A DNA stretch of 64,000 nt from positions 1 to 64,000 of the forward strand of contig JAVLKG010000015.1 of the NCBI GenBank assembly GCA_032128875.1, written 5' to 3'. Of this stretch, positions 26,948-36,912 are shown one piece after another. Numbering within the stretch: the stretch's first letter is position 1; each line of letters opens with the position of its first letter. The position numbers were made by a program, and so were the translations under genes. This DNA comes from Candidatus Melainabacteria bacterium 17Bon1m. GTDB taxonomy: Bacteria > Cyanobacteriota > Vampirovibrionia > Obscuribacterales > Obscuribacteraceae. Below the pieces are notes generated by a model. That model was not told where the DNA came from. It ran no database searches and was given only the letters and a program-made list of their open reading frames with translations.

Positions 26948-28192
26948 ATGACGAAATCATATCTCGATACGAGCAAGAAGGAAGCACTACTAGAAGCCCT
27001 GAATCCAGACCTGAAGTTGGTCATAGCCGAAGGCATTAGTGAATATCTCGGTAGAGGTGCACAATTACTTTTGGAATTGCTGATGCAAGCTGAAGTTCAA
27101 ACGCTCTGTGGTAAGAACCATGAGCGCTTTGATGGAAGGGCCTGCGTGCGCTGGGGCGAAGAGGTTGGAACAGCGATCATTGATGGCGCCAAGCGCAGAG
27201 TGAAGCGTCCCAGAGTAAGAGCTCTTCGCACCTTAAATGGTGAGGTTCAGCTCGAAACATACAAGGCCATGAACAGCCAAGAACTGGTGGACGGACCGCT
27301 CACTGCAGCGATTCTTGCTGGAGTATCAAGCAGGAACTACGAAAACATTGTTGCTCGTGGCTTGGAGGCAAAGGGAATCAGCAGTAGCACAGTGAGCCGA
27401 AAGGCAATCGCCGTAACCAAACCAACAGTTGATGAATTCAGAACTCGCAAAATCGATCACCTCGACCTTGTAGTCCTGTTTTTAGATGGTGTAAACGTAG
27501 CAACACGTCAAGTCATCGTCTGCGTTGGCGTTGATAGCGGGGGAAAGAAACATGTTCTCGGGCTGAAGAACGGGGCCACTGAGAACGAATTTGTGTGCCA
27601 AGACTTAATTGACGACTTGAAAGAAAAAGGCTTAAACACAGAGAAAAAATACTTGTTTGTCATTGATGGCTCAAAAGCCTTAGCCAAAACAATTCGAGCT
27701 TCCTTTGGGCCGAATGCGGCAATCCAGCGCTGCCAGGAACACAAGATTCGTAATGTGCAGGCATATCTCCCTCGGAAATACTGGGACGATGTGCGAAAAA
27801 AAATGACAGCGGCGTACAATGAGAAAACTGAAAAGGCAGCATGCGCCCGACTCATGAGCTTGAGAAGCGAACTCATTCCGATTAGCGAAGGTGCTGTAAA
27901 CACACTGACTGAAGGTCTAATTGAAACCCTAACTATCCATCGCCTCAACGTTGTTGGCTCGCTAAAAAAGGCTCTCAGAACGACAAATGCGATCGAATCT
28001 ACCTTCGCATCCGTACGCCGCTACATGCGCAACGTAAGCAGGTTCAGGAGCGAATCTAGCATCGACTTGTGGTTAACGCGGAGTTTGCTAGAAACAGAAA
28101 GACATTTTCGAATCATGCCTGGGCATCGCCAGTTGAATACTCTGAAAAAACGGCTAACAACATACAAAGTCAAAAAACATTCAGATAGCTAG
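26948..28192 (+). CDS. IS256/Mutator-family DDE transposase
   Basis: Motifs LFLDGV, FVIDGSKAL, QRCQEHK and TTNAIES; AAGGAGG RBS. Confidence 0.92.
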   Translation: MTKSYLDTSKKEALLEALNPDLKLVIAEGISEYLGRGAQLLLELLMQAEVQTLCGKNHERFDGRACVRWGEEVGTAIIDGAKRRVKRPRVRALRTLNGEVQLETYKAMNSQELVDGPLTAAILAGVSSRNYENIVARGLEAKGISSSTVSRKAIAVTKPTVDEFRTRKIDHLDLVVLFLDGVNVATRQVIVCVGVDSGGKKHVLGLKNGATENEFVCQDLIDDLKEKGLNTEKKYLFVIDGSKALAKTIRASFGPNAAIQRCQEHKIRNVQAYLPRKYWDDVRKKMTAAYNEKTEKAACARLMSLRSELIPISEGAVNTLTEGLIETLTIHRLNVVGSLKKALRTTNAIESTFASVRRYMRNVSRFRSESSIDLWLTRSLLETERHFRIMPGHRQLNTLKKRLTTYKVKKHSDS

Positions 28193-28224
28193 CCCGCAAA
28201 CAGGCTAACGGTTTGCGACAAACA

Positions 28225-28260
28225 AATGCAGAGCACTGACTAACGCCAGTGCTCTGCATT
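28225..28260. terminator. Perfect 14-bp stem-loop downstream of the transposase
   Basis: AATGCAGAGCACTG-8nt-CAGTGCTCTGCATT. Confidence 0.55.
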
Positions 28261-28449
28261 GCAGCGTCGAAAACCATGAATTTCACTGGCTTAAAGGACA
28301 AAAAAGGTCAAAAAGTTAAAAAAGTGCCTGAGCGTCGCTGAAATTTCCCCTGCTAAGATCCTGGTGGTCAGGGCAGGTCAGGAAAAATCAACGACGCCCA
28401 GGACACTCCCACTCAGGCGATCAGGTTTCCCAAATCACACTTGCTTTCT

Positions 28450-28610
28450 CTCCGAAAAGTCCCAAGTTTTCGGAGCGCCGATACCCAGAATCGACCGCGG
28501 AGCAAGGCTTTTGGAACTTTTCAACAGAGCAGCACCTCAAAAGTCCGCAATACCTTACGGAGCAAGGCTTTTGGAACTTTCGCACTACGAAAACTTACGG
28601 TTTTTCGTAG
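28450..28610. repeat. Dispersed ~160-bp non-coding element, copy 2 (inverted relative to copy 1)
   Basis: Palindromes at 28450-28475 and 28585-28610, plus a 23-bp direct repeat CGGAGCAAGGCTTTTGGAACTTT at 28498 and 28558. Confidence 0.85.
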
Positions 28611-28819
28611 TGCGTGTTCGAACAATAATTCAAGGTGTCCCTGAGAGCTTGTCCCCCCCGCCGCTCCACTACACCTTTTAGTATTAATCATGCCAACGAA
28701 ATAAGATCGAGGTGAAGACCAACAATCAAGAATCGCCCGGCTCACCCGATTCTCCAATAACTAGCCAGCCTAAGAAGAGCAGCAGACGTCCCTGTCTGTT
28801 GCTCTGTAGGACCTTTAGC

Positions 28820-31141
28820 TTAGGCGTGGTTGTCCTGCTCCAAAGCCAGGTAGCGACCGCGCAAATTGTTTATCCGTGCTTCTATGAAGCTGCGCGTAGC
28901 CACATCGAGTGGTTCGGCAGACCAGCCATAAGGGTCTTTCTTGACCTTCTCCATAAGCGCATCCAAGCGTCCGTTAGCCCATTCAGGATGAGCTTCGACT
29001 TCCTGCATCGCTGCCGCAAAAAGCTCAGCAAAACGGTCTTCTCGCATGATTTTCTCCTCGAGCAATTCCCAAAACATCGTCCAGATGCTTTCAGAACGAA
29101 TGAAGAGATTCATGATCCACCAGGTTCTTGCATAGAGAACTTTGGTTTTCAAATTGCACTCTGCGTCAATCAAGTCCTTTTGAGCAGAACCCATCTCTGT
29201 AGAGTTAGTCATGCCGCGCTGCCCCAACGAAATCGGTCCCAATTTCTCAGAACCGTACCAGCGGCCGATTGCACGGTAAATGTTTCCTGCCACCACTTCG
29301 AAGTCGTTGTCTGGTCCCGAGTCTTTAGTGTTGAGAAAGACAAGTTGAGCAGCACTGCCTCCGAAACCGCAAACGGCATCGGCATCTACGTCATCCAAGG
29401 TTTTGGTAAAGGAATCTCGGCTTGGAGTTTTAAAAGTCAAACCACCTGAGCGTCCCCTCGGTTCAACCGCGATGAAACGCACCATTTCATCGGTCCTTCC
29501 CAGAAAGCCTTCGTATGCAATGCCGATCGCATGACCTGCTTCGTGCACTACAGTATTGAAGATTTCCTCAAAGGTCAGGTTTACTTGCGTTTTTACACCC
29601 ATCAAATGCCGCAACAATCCCTCAAAGAAATCCTCCTGGGTGACAGTTGATTTGATGATTTCCTTTATGTCGTCTTCGCTATAGCCTCCCTTTGCTCTCA
29701 GCTTGTCTGCTTCGACCTCAGCCAACTCGTCCGCGTAGAGTGCGGTTTCGTTGACTACGTTTTCCAAATCCGCGCCGGTTAGACCTCCTAAGACACTGGC
29801 TATGGCGTAGAAATTAACGTCTTTAGCTAAGGGCACTTCACGTTTTGCGCTATGCACTTTGAGAATGGCAACGCGTCCGTCCAAGTGTGGAGGGTCGACT
29901 TTGATCTTCCAGGTAAAGCGACCTGGACGAAGAAGTGCTTTGTCCAGGATATCGACCCTGTTCGTGGCACCAAATATCCATAAACCGAAATTCTGATTGC
30001 CGGTGTTTAATCCCTGCAATTCGACCAGAATCTGGTTCAATGTTTGATCCGCTTCCGGATGAGCGACAGGTCCATTCGACCGAGCCCGTCCAACCGCATC
30101 CAACTCGTCAATAAAAATTATGCAAGGCCGTTTGTCACGGGCATCGGCAAACATCTCTCGTACACGGTTTGCACCCAAACCCACGAACATTTCAACGAAG
30201 TCAGATCCGGAAATAACGAAAACCGGCACATTGCACTCTTTGGCCAGAGCTGTAATAAGCAGTGTCTTACCAGTGCCCGGAGGGCCTTCGAGCAAAACGC
30301 ATTGAGGAAGCTTTCCTCCAAAACGAGACTTTTTGCTCAGCGACTGCAGCCGAGTCATCAACTCAGCAGCGGTTACGGACAACGCTCCTTTCTCGTTTGC
30401 CTCCGCACGTTTTGCCTCTTCTTCAGTACGAATTTTTTTGACGACTTCAGCTTGCTCAACTATTTTAAGCTTGAGCTTTTTCATCTGACCGATTGCCTCA
30501 GGAATGCCTGCCACATCCGAAAATCCGTTACCTTTGATGTCTTCCGGATTGACCCACTGCCCAAAAACCTTGTCTGCAACACCTTGAGCATCGCCCAATC
30601 CACCTCGATTCGGGGCGAGCATGCCTTTACCGCGTCCAGCCAGACCACGCCACTGCCCGGTGATCATCATGATTACAAAACCAATAATGATAAAGCCCAG
30701 TGCAAGTTTGGCTATGTACATAACGATCGCCAGCAATCCAGCGAAGAACGAACTTAGCGAACTGGGGTTGTGTCCCAGATCGTTTTCTTCGTCGTTGCCG
30801 TGATGCCCTGCTCCAGTATGCTCATGCTTAATAACGATCTCTAACGGCTTGCCTCCGGTGGTGTCACCAGCGGTGACAACCGTACTACCTTCAGAAAGAG
30901 TGAGCGGCTTTGAAGTCGTTGGCTGCACAGCAGTGGTATCGAGCGCAGGCTTAGATGTTTCTGCATTTTTTGCAGACACTGGATTCATGTCAGGCCAGGC
31001 TGATTGCGACGCTGGAGTGACACCGTTATTGACCTGCTGCGGAGGTCCTTGACTGATTATGCCAGAAGGCATTGTCTGAATGTGGTAAAAAACCGCTCCA
31101 AACGCTACTGCGAAAAACGCAGGTATAAAGTAATTTTTCAT
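28820..31141 (-). CDS. ftsH: FtsH-like ATP-dependent Zn metalloprotease (divergent)
   Basis: Two TM segments, Walker A GPPGTGKT, pore motif FVEMFVG, Walker [17 protein letters not shown] and HEAGH. Confidence 0.9.
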   Translation of the reverse strand: MKNYFIPAFFAVAFGAVFYHIQTMPSGIISQGPPQQVNNGVTPASQSAWPDMNPVSAKNAETSKPALDTTAVQPTTSKPLTLSEGSTVVTAGDTTGGKPLEIVIKHEHTGAGHHGNDEENDLGHNPSSLSSFFAGLLAIVMYIAKLALGFIIIGFVIMMITGQWRGLAGRGKGMLAPNRGGLGDAQGVADKVFGQWVNPEDIKGNGFSDVAGIPEAIGQMKKLKLKIVEQAEVVKKIRTEEEAKRAEANEKGALSVTAAELMTRLQSLSKKSRFGGKLPQCVLLEGPPGTGKTLLITALAKECNVPVFVISGSDFVEMFVGLGANRVREMFADARDKRPCIIFIDELDAVGRARSNGPVAHPEADQTLNQILVELQGLNTGNQNFGLWIFGATNRVDILDKALLRPGRFTWKIKVDPPHLDGRVAILKVHSAKREVPLAKDVNFYAIASVLGGLTGADLENVVNETALYADELAEVEADKLRAKGGYSEDDIKEIIKSTVTQEDFFEGLLRHLMGVKTQVNLTFEEIFNTVVHEAGHAIGIAYEGFLGRTDEMVRFIAVEPRGRSGGLTFKTPSRDSFTKTLDDVDADAVCGFGGSAAQLVFLNTKDSGPDNDFEVVAGNIYRAIGRWYGSEKLGPISLGQRGMTNSTEMGSAQKDLIDAECNLKTKVLYARTWWIMNLFIRSESIWTMFWELLEEKIMREDRFAELFAAAMQEVEAHPEWANGRLDALMEKVKKDPYGWSAEPLDVATRSFIEARINNLRGRYLALEQDNHA

Positions 31142-32081
31142 AACGAACTCCTAGTTCTCTCCGGAAGCCCTTCGAAAACTCGATTTTCTTGCGTTAAACA
31201 ATCGAGATTGCTCAACGATTGCGAATTAGCGAAAGCAGGTTTTCACCGCACTTCGCCGCCCTCCAGCAGTTGACTCGAGTCAAAGGCCGGAGCAAACTGC
31301 ATCAAAATCAATCTCTCAACTAGAAAGATCGGCCCTTATTCCTTTTGTGCAACCGTGCCTCAGGAAAAGGTTGGCCACCGTCCGAAATTCCGCTTAAAAG
31401 CCTCCAACCGATCGCACCAATGCGATTGAAAAAAACATGATTCGCGAACGAAACGTTGTAGGTGCGAGGGTAAGGGCTCTTTGAAGGAAAGAAGACGGTT
31501 GATTGCAGTCTAAAAAAAGTACGCTGCCGGCGCAATGAAATATTTAGGTTTAACACGCGAGGATGGCTGATTTTAGGGTTGCCGAACTAATCACAGAGTA
31601 AATAACTGATCTAAACGGGCCGATCGTCGAACAAAAAATTGAGACAGTAGCAAAATTTGCAAACCTATCAAAAACTGCCTTCCCAAGCCAAGCGCTTAGC
31701 CCCTCTTGCACCGTCTCAGACAAAAATCAAAAACTGGTAGGTATTCGTCAATAACAAAAAAAACTCTCCTCAGCCCTTCTTTTTCATTTTATTTAGCGGT
31801 TTTGGAAATGTTATTCCAAGAATGCAATTACCGCAATTTCCAATAAGACGAAAACCTCCTGCACTAAGAGAAATAGACAGTCTGAACATTGCATACACCC
31901 TTAGCGGTGTAGCAATGGAGGTCGGCAGTGCGTTGAAGTTGGGTAGAAGCAAAAATTGCGCGTCGCAACGGTTTTACAAAAATCCTGCGCCTTGTTTTTT
32001 CACGCCCAAACATCCTCGAGCACTGGTCTGCAAGCAGGTCGGAGTTCGAGCGCGTTTACCATTCATTTGAGGATTTATGTC

Positions 32082-33191
32082 ATGAAAAACATCATCACAG
32101 AAATACCATGGCGAAGACTGATAAGGGTTGGCAAGCCGTTTTGGGCGTCCGAAGACGGCAAAACAGGCTTTATGTACCTTGTCACAATTCTGCTTCTGCT
32201 GACCGCCAAGACATACTTAGCTGTATTCGTGGTGCGCACGGCAGGCAATTTTATGACGGCTATCGAACAGAAGAGTCTGGGTAATTTTTACCTTTACCTG
32301 ACCTTCTCAATCGTAGCCATTTGTTTCACCGTACCAATAGAGGTTTACTACAACTTTTTAAAAACAAGACTCGCTCTGCTCTGGAGAAATTGGCTGTCCG
32401 AGACATTTATCGACCGGTACTTTCTGCAAAAACTGGGATTACCGATCGAATGTTCTGCAGAAATAGACAATCCTGAGCAACGCATAACGCAAGATGTGGA
32501 CAGCTTTTGCAATTCGTCCGTAAGGCTGTCTATCACCATTTTGGATGCCACTGTCAGCGTTTGCACATTCATGGTGGTGCTCTGGAATCTCTCCGGCACT
32601 CTTGTTTTCACTGTCATCATCTACTCTACAGTGGGGCTGCTGGTTGTATCGCACGTAGGCAGGGCGCTGATTGATCTCAGTAATCGACAGATTGCTGTTG
32701 AAGCTGATTTAAGAGCGAATATCAAAGATGCTCGCATTCAGCTGGAGAAGAGCCGTACAGACGAAAATGGCGAATGTCTGCAAGACTGCGTCAATGAGTC
32801 GAAATTGCGCCTCTCAAGCGTCATGACGACTCTGACAAACATTATGCTCGTGCATAAAAGCATCCAATTATTCACGGGCACATACAACCACATAATGCCG
32901 TTAATACCGGCAGTGATTATGACTCCTGCATATATTGCAGGTGACATAGATTTTGGCGCGATTACACAGGCGGTTCTTGCTTTTACAGCCGTATTCAATG
33001 GCGCGACAGTGCTGATTGGACATTTCGGCGACATCAGCCACTTCGCAGCTATAGTCAACAGACTTGGCACCATGGAAGAAGAAATGAGCAGCGCCGAAAC
33101 CGCATCGTACAGAGACTTCTGCTTGCAGAGAGGACAACATCAATCCGGCAAAGAAAAGGATAGTACTCATGCAAGCGCAGCCTGCAAATAA
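32082..33191 (+). CDS. ABCD/YddA-like ABC transmembrane domain without NBD (SbmA/BacA-like architecture)
   Basis: Motifs WRNWLS, IDNPEQRITQDV, EADLR, GDIDFGAITQA and AIVNRL. The ORF ends with no Walker motifs. Confidence 0.8.
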   Translation: MKNIITEIPWRRLIRVGKPFWASEDGKTGFMYLVTILLLLTAKTYLAVFVVRTAGNFMTAIEQKSLGNFYLYLTFSIVAICFTVPIEVYYNFLKTRLALLWRNWLSETFIDRYFLQKLGLPIECSAEIDNPEQRITQDVDSFCNSSVRLSITILDATVSVCTFMVVLWNLSGTLVFTVIIYSTVGLLVVSHVGRALIDLSNRQIAVEADLRANIKDARIQLEKSRTDENGECLQDCVNESKLRLSSVMTTLTNIMLVHKSIQLFTGTYNHIMPLIPAVIMTPAYIAGDIDFGAITQAVLAFTAVFNGATVLIGHFGDISHFAAIVNRLGTMEEEMSSAETASYRDFCLQRGQHQSGKEKDSTHASAACK

Positions 33192-33358
33192 CGATTTGCC
33201 CAAGAAGTCGAAGCCGCGCTGCAACATCAAAGCTGGTGATGATCGAGAACGGACTCCGCATCGCCAGCAATTTCATCCTTTTTTGCAGCCTTTACTACAG
33301 CTTTTAATAAATACAGACAATTTTTAAAATAGGCTTGGCAGGCTGTTTCTTAAGGATC

Positions 33359-33389
33359 TTCTGACTGAGTTCGATAAACTCAGCCAGAA
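33359..33389. terminator. Stem-loop between convergent genes
   Basis: TTCTGACTGAGTT...AACTCAGCCAGAA. Confidence 0.5.
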
Positions 33390-33587
33390 TTTCCAAAAAT
33401 GCCATGGCAAGATTTACTCACGTTTCACCAGTTATTTATTCTTTCAAATTGCGAAAAACGCTTACGATACGGTTTTTATAGGTTTCAGTGTTCATTTCAT
33501 TACTCCTAAAAAAGTTGCTGGTCGTATCCCTGCGATCAGCAACTAGAAATTACCAACTCATCCAGTGTTGGTGCTTGTTCAACTTTT

Positions 33588-33941
33588 TCAGCGAGCTACA
33601 GTTAGCTCGTAGAATGTCTTCTTTACTGCAAATACGAACTCATCTCCCACCTTTGGAGTAGAAGATAGTCGCAAATGCTTTTCTGTAGAGGGCGCAAAGG
33701 CAAACTTCTCGCCACTGCCTACCCCCTCGATTTCTACTGCAATCGCGGCTGTTCCGGTGGCGCCCGAAGCAGAAATGACATTGGTCACAATAACGTGCTT
33801 ATTTCGCGCTGCAAAACGCTGCAAAGCTGGAGGCTCGACATCGCGGAGCGAATATTCGTGAAAAATTCCAATGCAAAAGGTAAGCACATAAAGTGCGTAA
33901 GGAATAATTTTGTCCTTGAATGACGCTTTTTCTTTGACCAA
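33588..33941 (-). CDS. Small membrane-anchored hypothetical protein
   Basis: TTG start abutting the upstream stop; one TM segment plus a beta-rich tail. Confidence 0.55.
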   Translation of the reverse strand: MVKEKASFKDKIIPYALYVLTFCIGIFHEYSLRDVEPPALQRFAARNKHVIVTNVISASGATGTAAIAVEIEGVGSGEKFAFAPSTEKHLRLSSTPKVGDEFVFAVKKTFYELTVAR

Positions 33942-34394
33942 TTAGCTCTCCGAATGATTGTTACGTTGGCTGCTCCCATCCTCTTTCGGCAGCGTCTTTT
34001 GATTTTCATTTGGCGGCGAATTCTGCCGTTTTACTGCCTGTTCTTTTGCATAGCGATAGCCTTTGAGCAAAATCGCACTGAGCACTGAAACGACATATAA
34101 ACGCAAGCAGTAAGCTAAAACTGCCAGCGAACCGCAAAAAAATGAACCCACAAAATAGAGTATTTCATATGAGTCTAAATACCATCCGGCGACGCCGAAA
34201 AGCAAAGAGAGAAACAGCGCGGTATATGTTATTAAGGCTAAAATCCGTGCCGGTGGCAGTTGGTCGATTGCTATCTCTGTAACTGTTTCGGCAACACCTT
34301 CTTCCGCAAAACTAAGAGCCCATTTCTTCAGTCTCTCTTTCAATGTCACTTGTCGTTTCCTCTTTTCGTTTTCATTTAAAGCAATGAACAGCAA
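33942..34394 (-). CDS. Two-TM hypothetical membrane protein
   Basis: Hydrophobic segments present; start uncertain (a downstream GTG with a GAGG RBS is possible). Confidence 0.6.
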   Translation of the reverse strand: MLFIALNENEKRKRQVTLKERLKKWALSFAEEGVAETVTEIAIDQLPPARILALITYTALFLSLLFGVAGWYLDSYEILYFVGSFFCGSLAVLAYCLRLYVVSVLSAILLKGYRYAKEQAVKRQNSPPNENQKTLPKEDGSSQRNNHSES

Positions 34395-34528
34395 TGCAAG
34401 CGACGCAAAAGCGAAAAATAGAGCCCGCTGTACGGACCATTAATCGCTAACCAAAAGAAGACGGCTCGCACAGTTCGAGTCTTGTGAGTGACTGGAAAAG
34501 CGCGAGCCGACTGAATTATTATTGCGAC

Positions 34529-36871
34529 TTACTTGTAGAAGTTGTCGCGTGACGAGCTGTGCTCGGCGAAATGAGCGCACCCGCGATAGTTAGCTCTGAA
34601 TGGCTCATCACTACAGGCCAAACTCAAATCCTCGCTCAACTCGAAAAGAGTGCGTACACCTCTCTGATCGGCATAACGGATTGGTCCGCCCAGAGAAGGC
34701 GGAAAGCCCGTAGCGAAGACGAAAGCCAGGTCGATGAGATTAGGCTCGTCCACAACACCATCGGCAAGAACTCTAACGGCTTCGTTGACTATCGCAAGAA
34801 CTAGATATTCCTGCACCGATTCAACTGCCATATTGAGGTTGCCCATGCCGCTGAATTGCTTCGCAAGTTGCGGATTCACCTTGGGCAGACGAGTTTTAGC
34901 ATCTCTCACGATGTTTCCCTTATCCCAAAGATAGATGCCGGCGCCGCTTTTCTTTCCGAGCTGGCCCTTCGAGATAAGCCAGGAGACAAAGTCCGTCTCA
35001 GCGCTCGGGCGCGACATCCTTTGCCCATATGCACTGAACATCGAATCAGAAACACTGGAGATGACATCCAGTCCGACTTGATCAAGCAGCGTGACAGGTC
35101 CCATCGGCATACCCAGGTCAAGCATCGCTTTGTCAATCAAATGCGGCGAGACGCCTTTAGACAGAAGCCACGATGTCGTGAGGATGTAGGGTGCGAGGAT
35201 TCGATTGACGACGAAGCCGGGATTGTCTTTGCAGACGATAGGCAATTTTCCCAGCTTCACTGCAATATCCATCGCTGTTGCAACAGCTTCAGGACAGGAG
35301 TTGGCGGATTTACCGACTTCGACAAGTCCCATTTTGCTAACCGGATTGAAGAAGTGAAGGCCGGCAAAACGCTGCTTATTTCGCAGGTTGTCCGACAACT
35401 CCGACAACGACAATGCGGAAGTGTTGGTGAAAAGCCAAAGTTGTTTGCCGCCGTTAGCATCGAATGCGGACTCAATTTTGCGATAACACTCCATCTTGTC
35501 CTGGACGGTCTCGCGCACGGCCTCGATGATAGCGTCACATTGACACAGATCCACGTATTCTGTCGAGGTGAGAAGCTTCGCGATTAGAGCAGGCTTGTCA
35601 TCCAATCGCAGCTTGCCTTCACGAATACGACCGTCGATTAGGTTCGATATTTCCAAGACGGCTTGCTCAAGGGACTTTTCGAAGATATCGACGAGCACTA
35701 CTTTTGCAAATGCTTTCGAGACAATCGCCTCAAAAGCAATCTCGCGACCCATTACACCGGCTCCGACAACACCCAAAGTGCTTACCGCGTGCGGCGATAC
35801 GCCCTGTGGAAATTGCTTGGCTCGGCTCTTATCCTGGAAAATATCCACCATATTTTGCGAAGCCTGCGACATTGCCAGCTCCGCAAAAACAACCGATTCA
35901 TTTCTAAGCGCCTCGGGAAAGGGCAGTTCGGCAGAGCGCATTATCACTTCTGCTGCTTTCAGCGGCGCGATATAACCTTTGCTCTTGCGCTTCACTTCAG
36001 AGACGACACCCTGAGCAAATCGGTCGCGCCCCATTTGACCCGAGTAATTGCGAAGAAGAAGCACGCCGACATCCTTGATCCGCTGGCGCCAGTCCATATT
36101 CGCAAACTGACGCACGGAGGCAATTTCAGACTCTTCGTGTTCGTCCGCCGCCTGACTGGAATCAGTGCTCGCGACCCAAACTCCGGTCATCAGCACCTCT
36201 TGCGCACGAGACATCAGCTGATCTTGCGAAACCACTTCATGGATAAGCCCTTTGGCAAGCGCGTCTTTTGCTCCCACGCTCTCACCTCGACTGATGAATT
36301 CCACGGCTTTCAGAGTATCGCCCATCGCTCGAGGCAAAAGAATACACCCGCCAAACCCTGGAAGGATGCCGAGTTTGACCTCAGGCAAACCCAGATGGGT
36401 AGCCGGATCATCCGTAGCAATGCGGTAGTCGCACCAGAGCGCCAACTCCATACCGCCACCCTGGCACGAGCCGTGTATGGCAGCTAAAGTCGGAATATGT
36501 ATTCCGCGCATACCAAGGCGCCCGAGCACTTTCTTCCCGTACTCAGCAGCGGCAAAAGCATCTGCGATGCTCTGCTCTTGCAGTGCGTCGATCTCATGGA
36601 CATCGGCGCCCGCAATAAAATTGGCGGACTTTCCAGAGCGAATAATCAAGCCAGATCCCGCAGCGTCCTCATCGTTGATGAGGCTTTCGATCTGATTTAA
36701 GCGCCTGTCAATTTCTTGCAACGTCTTCTTACTCAGAAGATTTACTTTGCCCGGCACATCAATGGTCAACACGAATATGCCGTTAGGTAGCAGTTCCATT
36801 GACGTGCAAGAGAAAGGACCACTACCGTCCGTCTGTTTCAATAGAGCGTTCAGCTCCTGATTGGTTTTCAT
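34529..36871 (-). CDS. fadJ: Fatty acid oxidation complex alpha subunit (enoyl-CoA hydratase/3-hydroxyacyl-CoA dehydrogenase)
   Basis: Motifs FIAGAD, GGGMEL, LPEVKLGILPGFGG, GAGVMG, TNTSAL, HFFNP and PGFVVNR. FadJ vs FadB is not certain. Confidence 0.9.
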   Translation of the reverse strand: MKTNQELNALLKQTDGSGPFSCTSMELLPNGIFVLTIDVPGKVNLLSKKTLQEIDRRLNQIESLINDEDAAGSGLIIRSGKSANFIAGADVHEIDALQEQSIADAFAAAEYGKKVLGRLGMRGIHIPTLAAIHGSCQGGGMELALWCDYRIATDDPATHLGLPEVKLGILPGFGGCILLPRAMGDTLKAVEFISRGESVGAKDALAKGLIHEVVSQDQLMSRAQEVLMTGVWVASTDSSQAADEHEESEIASVRQFANMDWRQRIKDVGVLLLRNYSGQMGRDRFAQGVVSEVKRKSKGYIAPLKAAEVIMRSAELPFPEALRNESVVFAELAMSQASQNMVDIFQDKSRAKQFPQGVSPHAVSTLGVVGAGVMGREIAFEAIVSKAFAKVVLVDIFEKSLEQAVLEISNLIDGRIREGKLRLDDKPALIAKLLTSTEYVDLCQCDAIIEAVRETVQDKMECYRKIESAFDANGGKQLWLFTNTSALSLSELSDNLRNKQRFAGLHFFNPVSKMGLVEVGKSANSCPEAVATAMDIAVKLGKLPIVCKDNPGFVVNRILAPYILTTSWLLSKGVSPHLIDKAMLDLGMPMGPVTLLDQVGLDVISSVSDSMFSAYGQRMSRPSAETDFVSWLISKGQLGKKSGAGIYLWDKGNIVRDAKTRLPKVNPQLAKQFSGMGNLNMAVESVQEYLVLAIVNEAVRVLADGVVDEPNLIDLAFVFATGFPPSLGGPIRYADQRGVRTLFELSEDLSLACSDEPFRANYRGCAHFAEHSSSRDNFYK

Positions 36872-36912
36872 GACAGTTCCTGTTTTGTTTGAATGGAGGG
36901 AGCGCAAACTAG

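Larger units (their letters stand above)
26841..28409 (+). mobile_element. IS256-family insertion sequence
   Basis: Transposase flanked by imperfect terminal IRs sharing the CGTCGTTGA core (about 26841-26868 and 28382-28409). No target-site duplication seen; exact ends uncertain. Confidence 0.7.

Noticed and set aside
26830-28420. Target-site duplication around the IS256
   Set aside because: No matching 8-9 bp direct repeat is visible at the inferred ends.
28498-28580. Mini-CRISPR (23-bp repeat, 37-bp spacer)
   Set aside because: Only two copies and no cas genes; better explained as internal boxes of the dispersed element.
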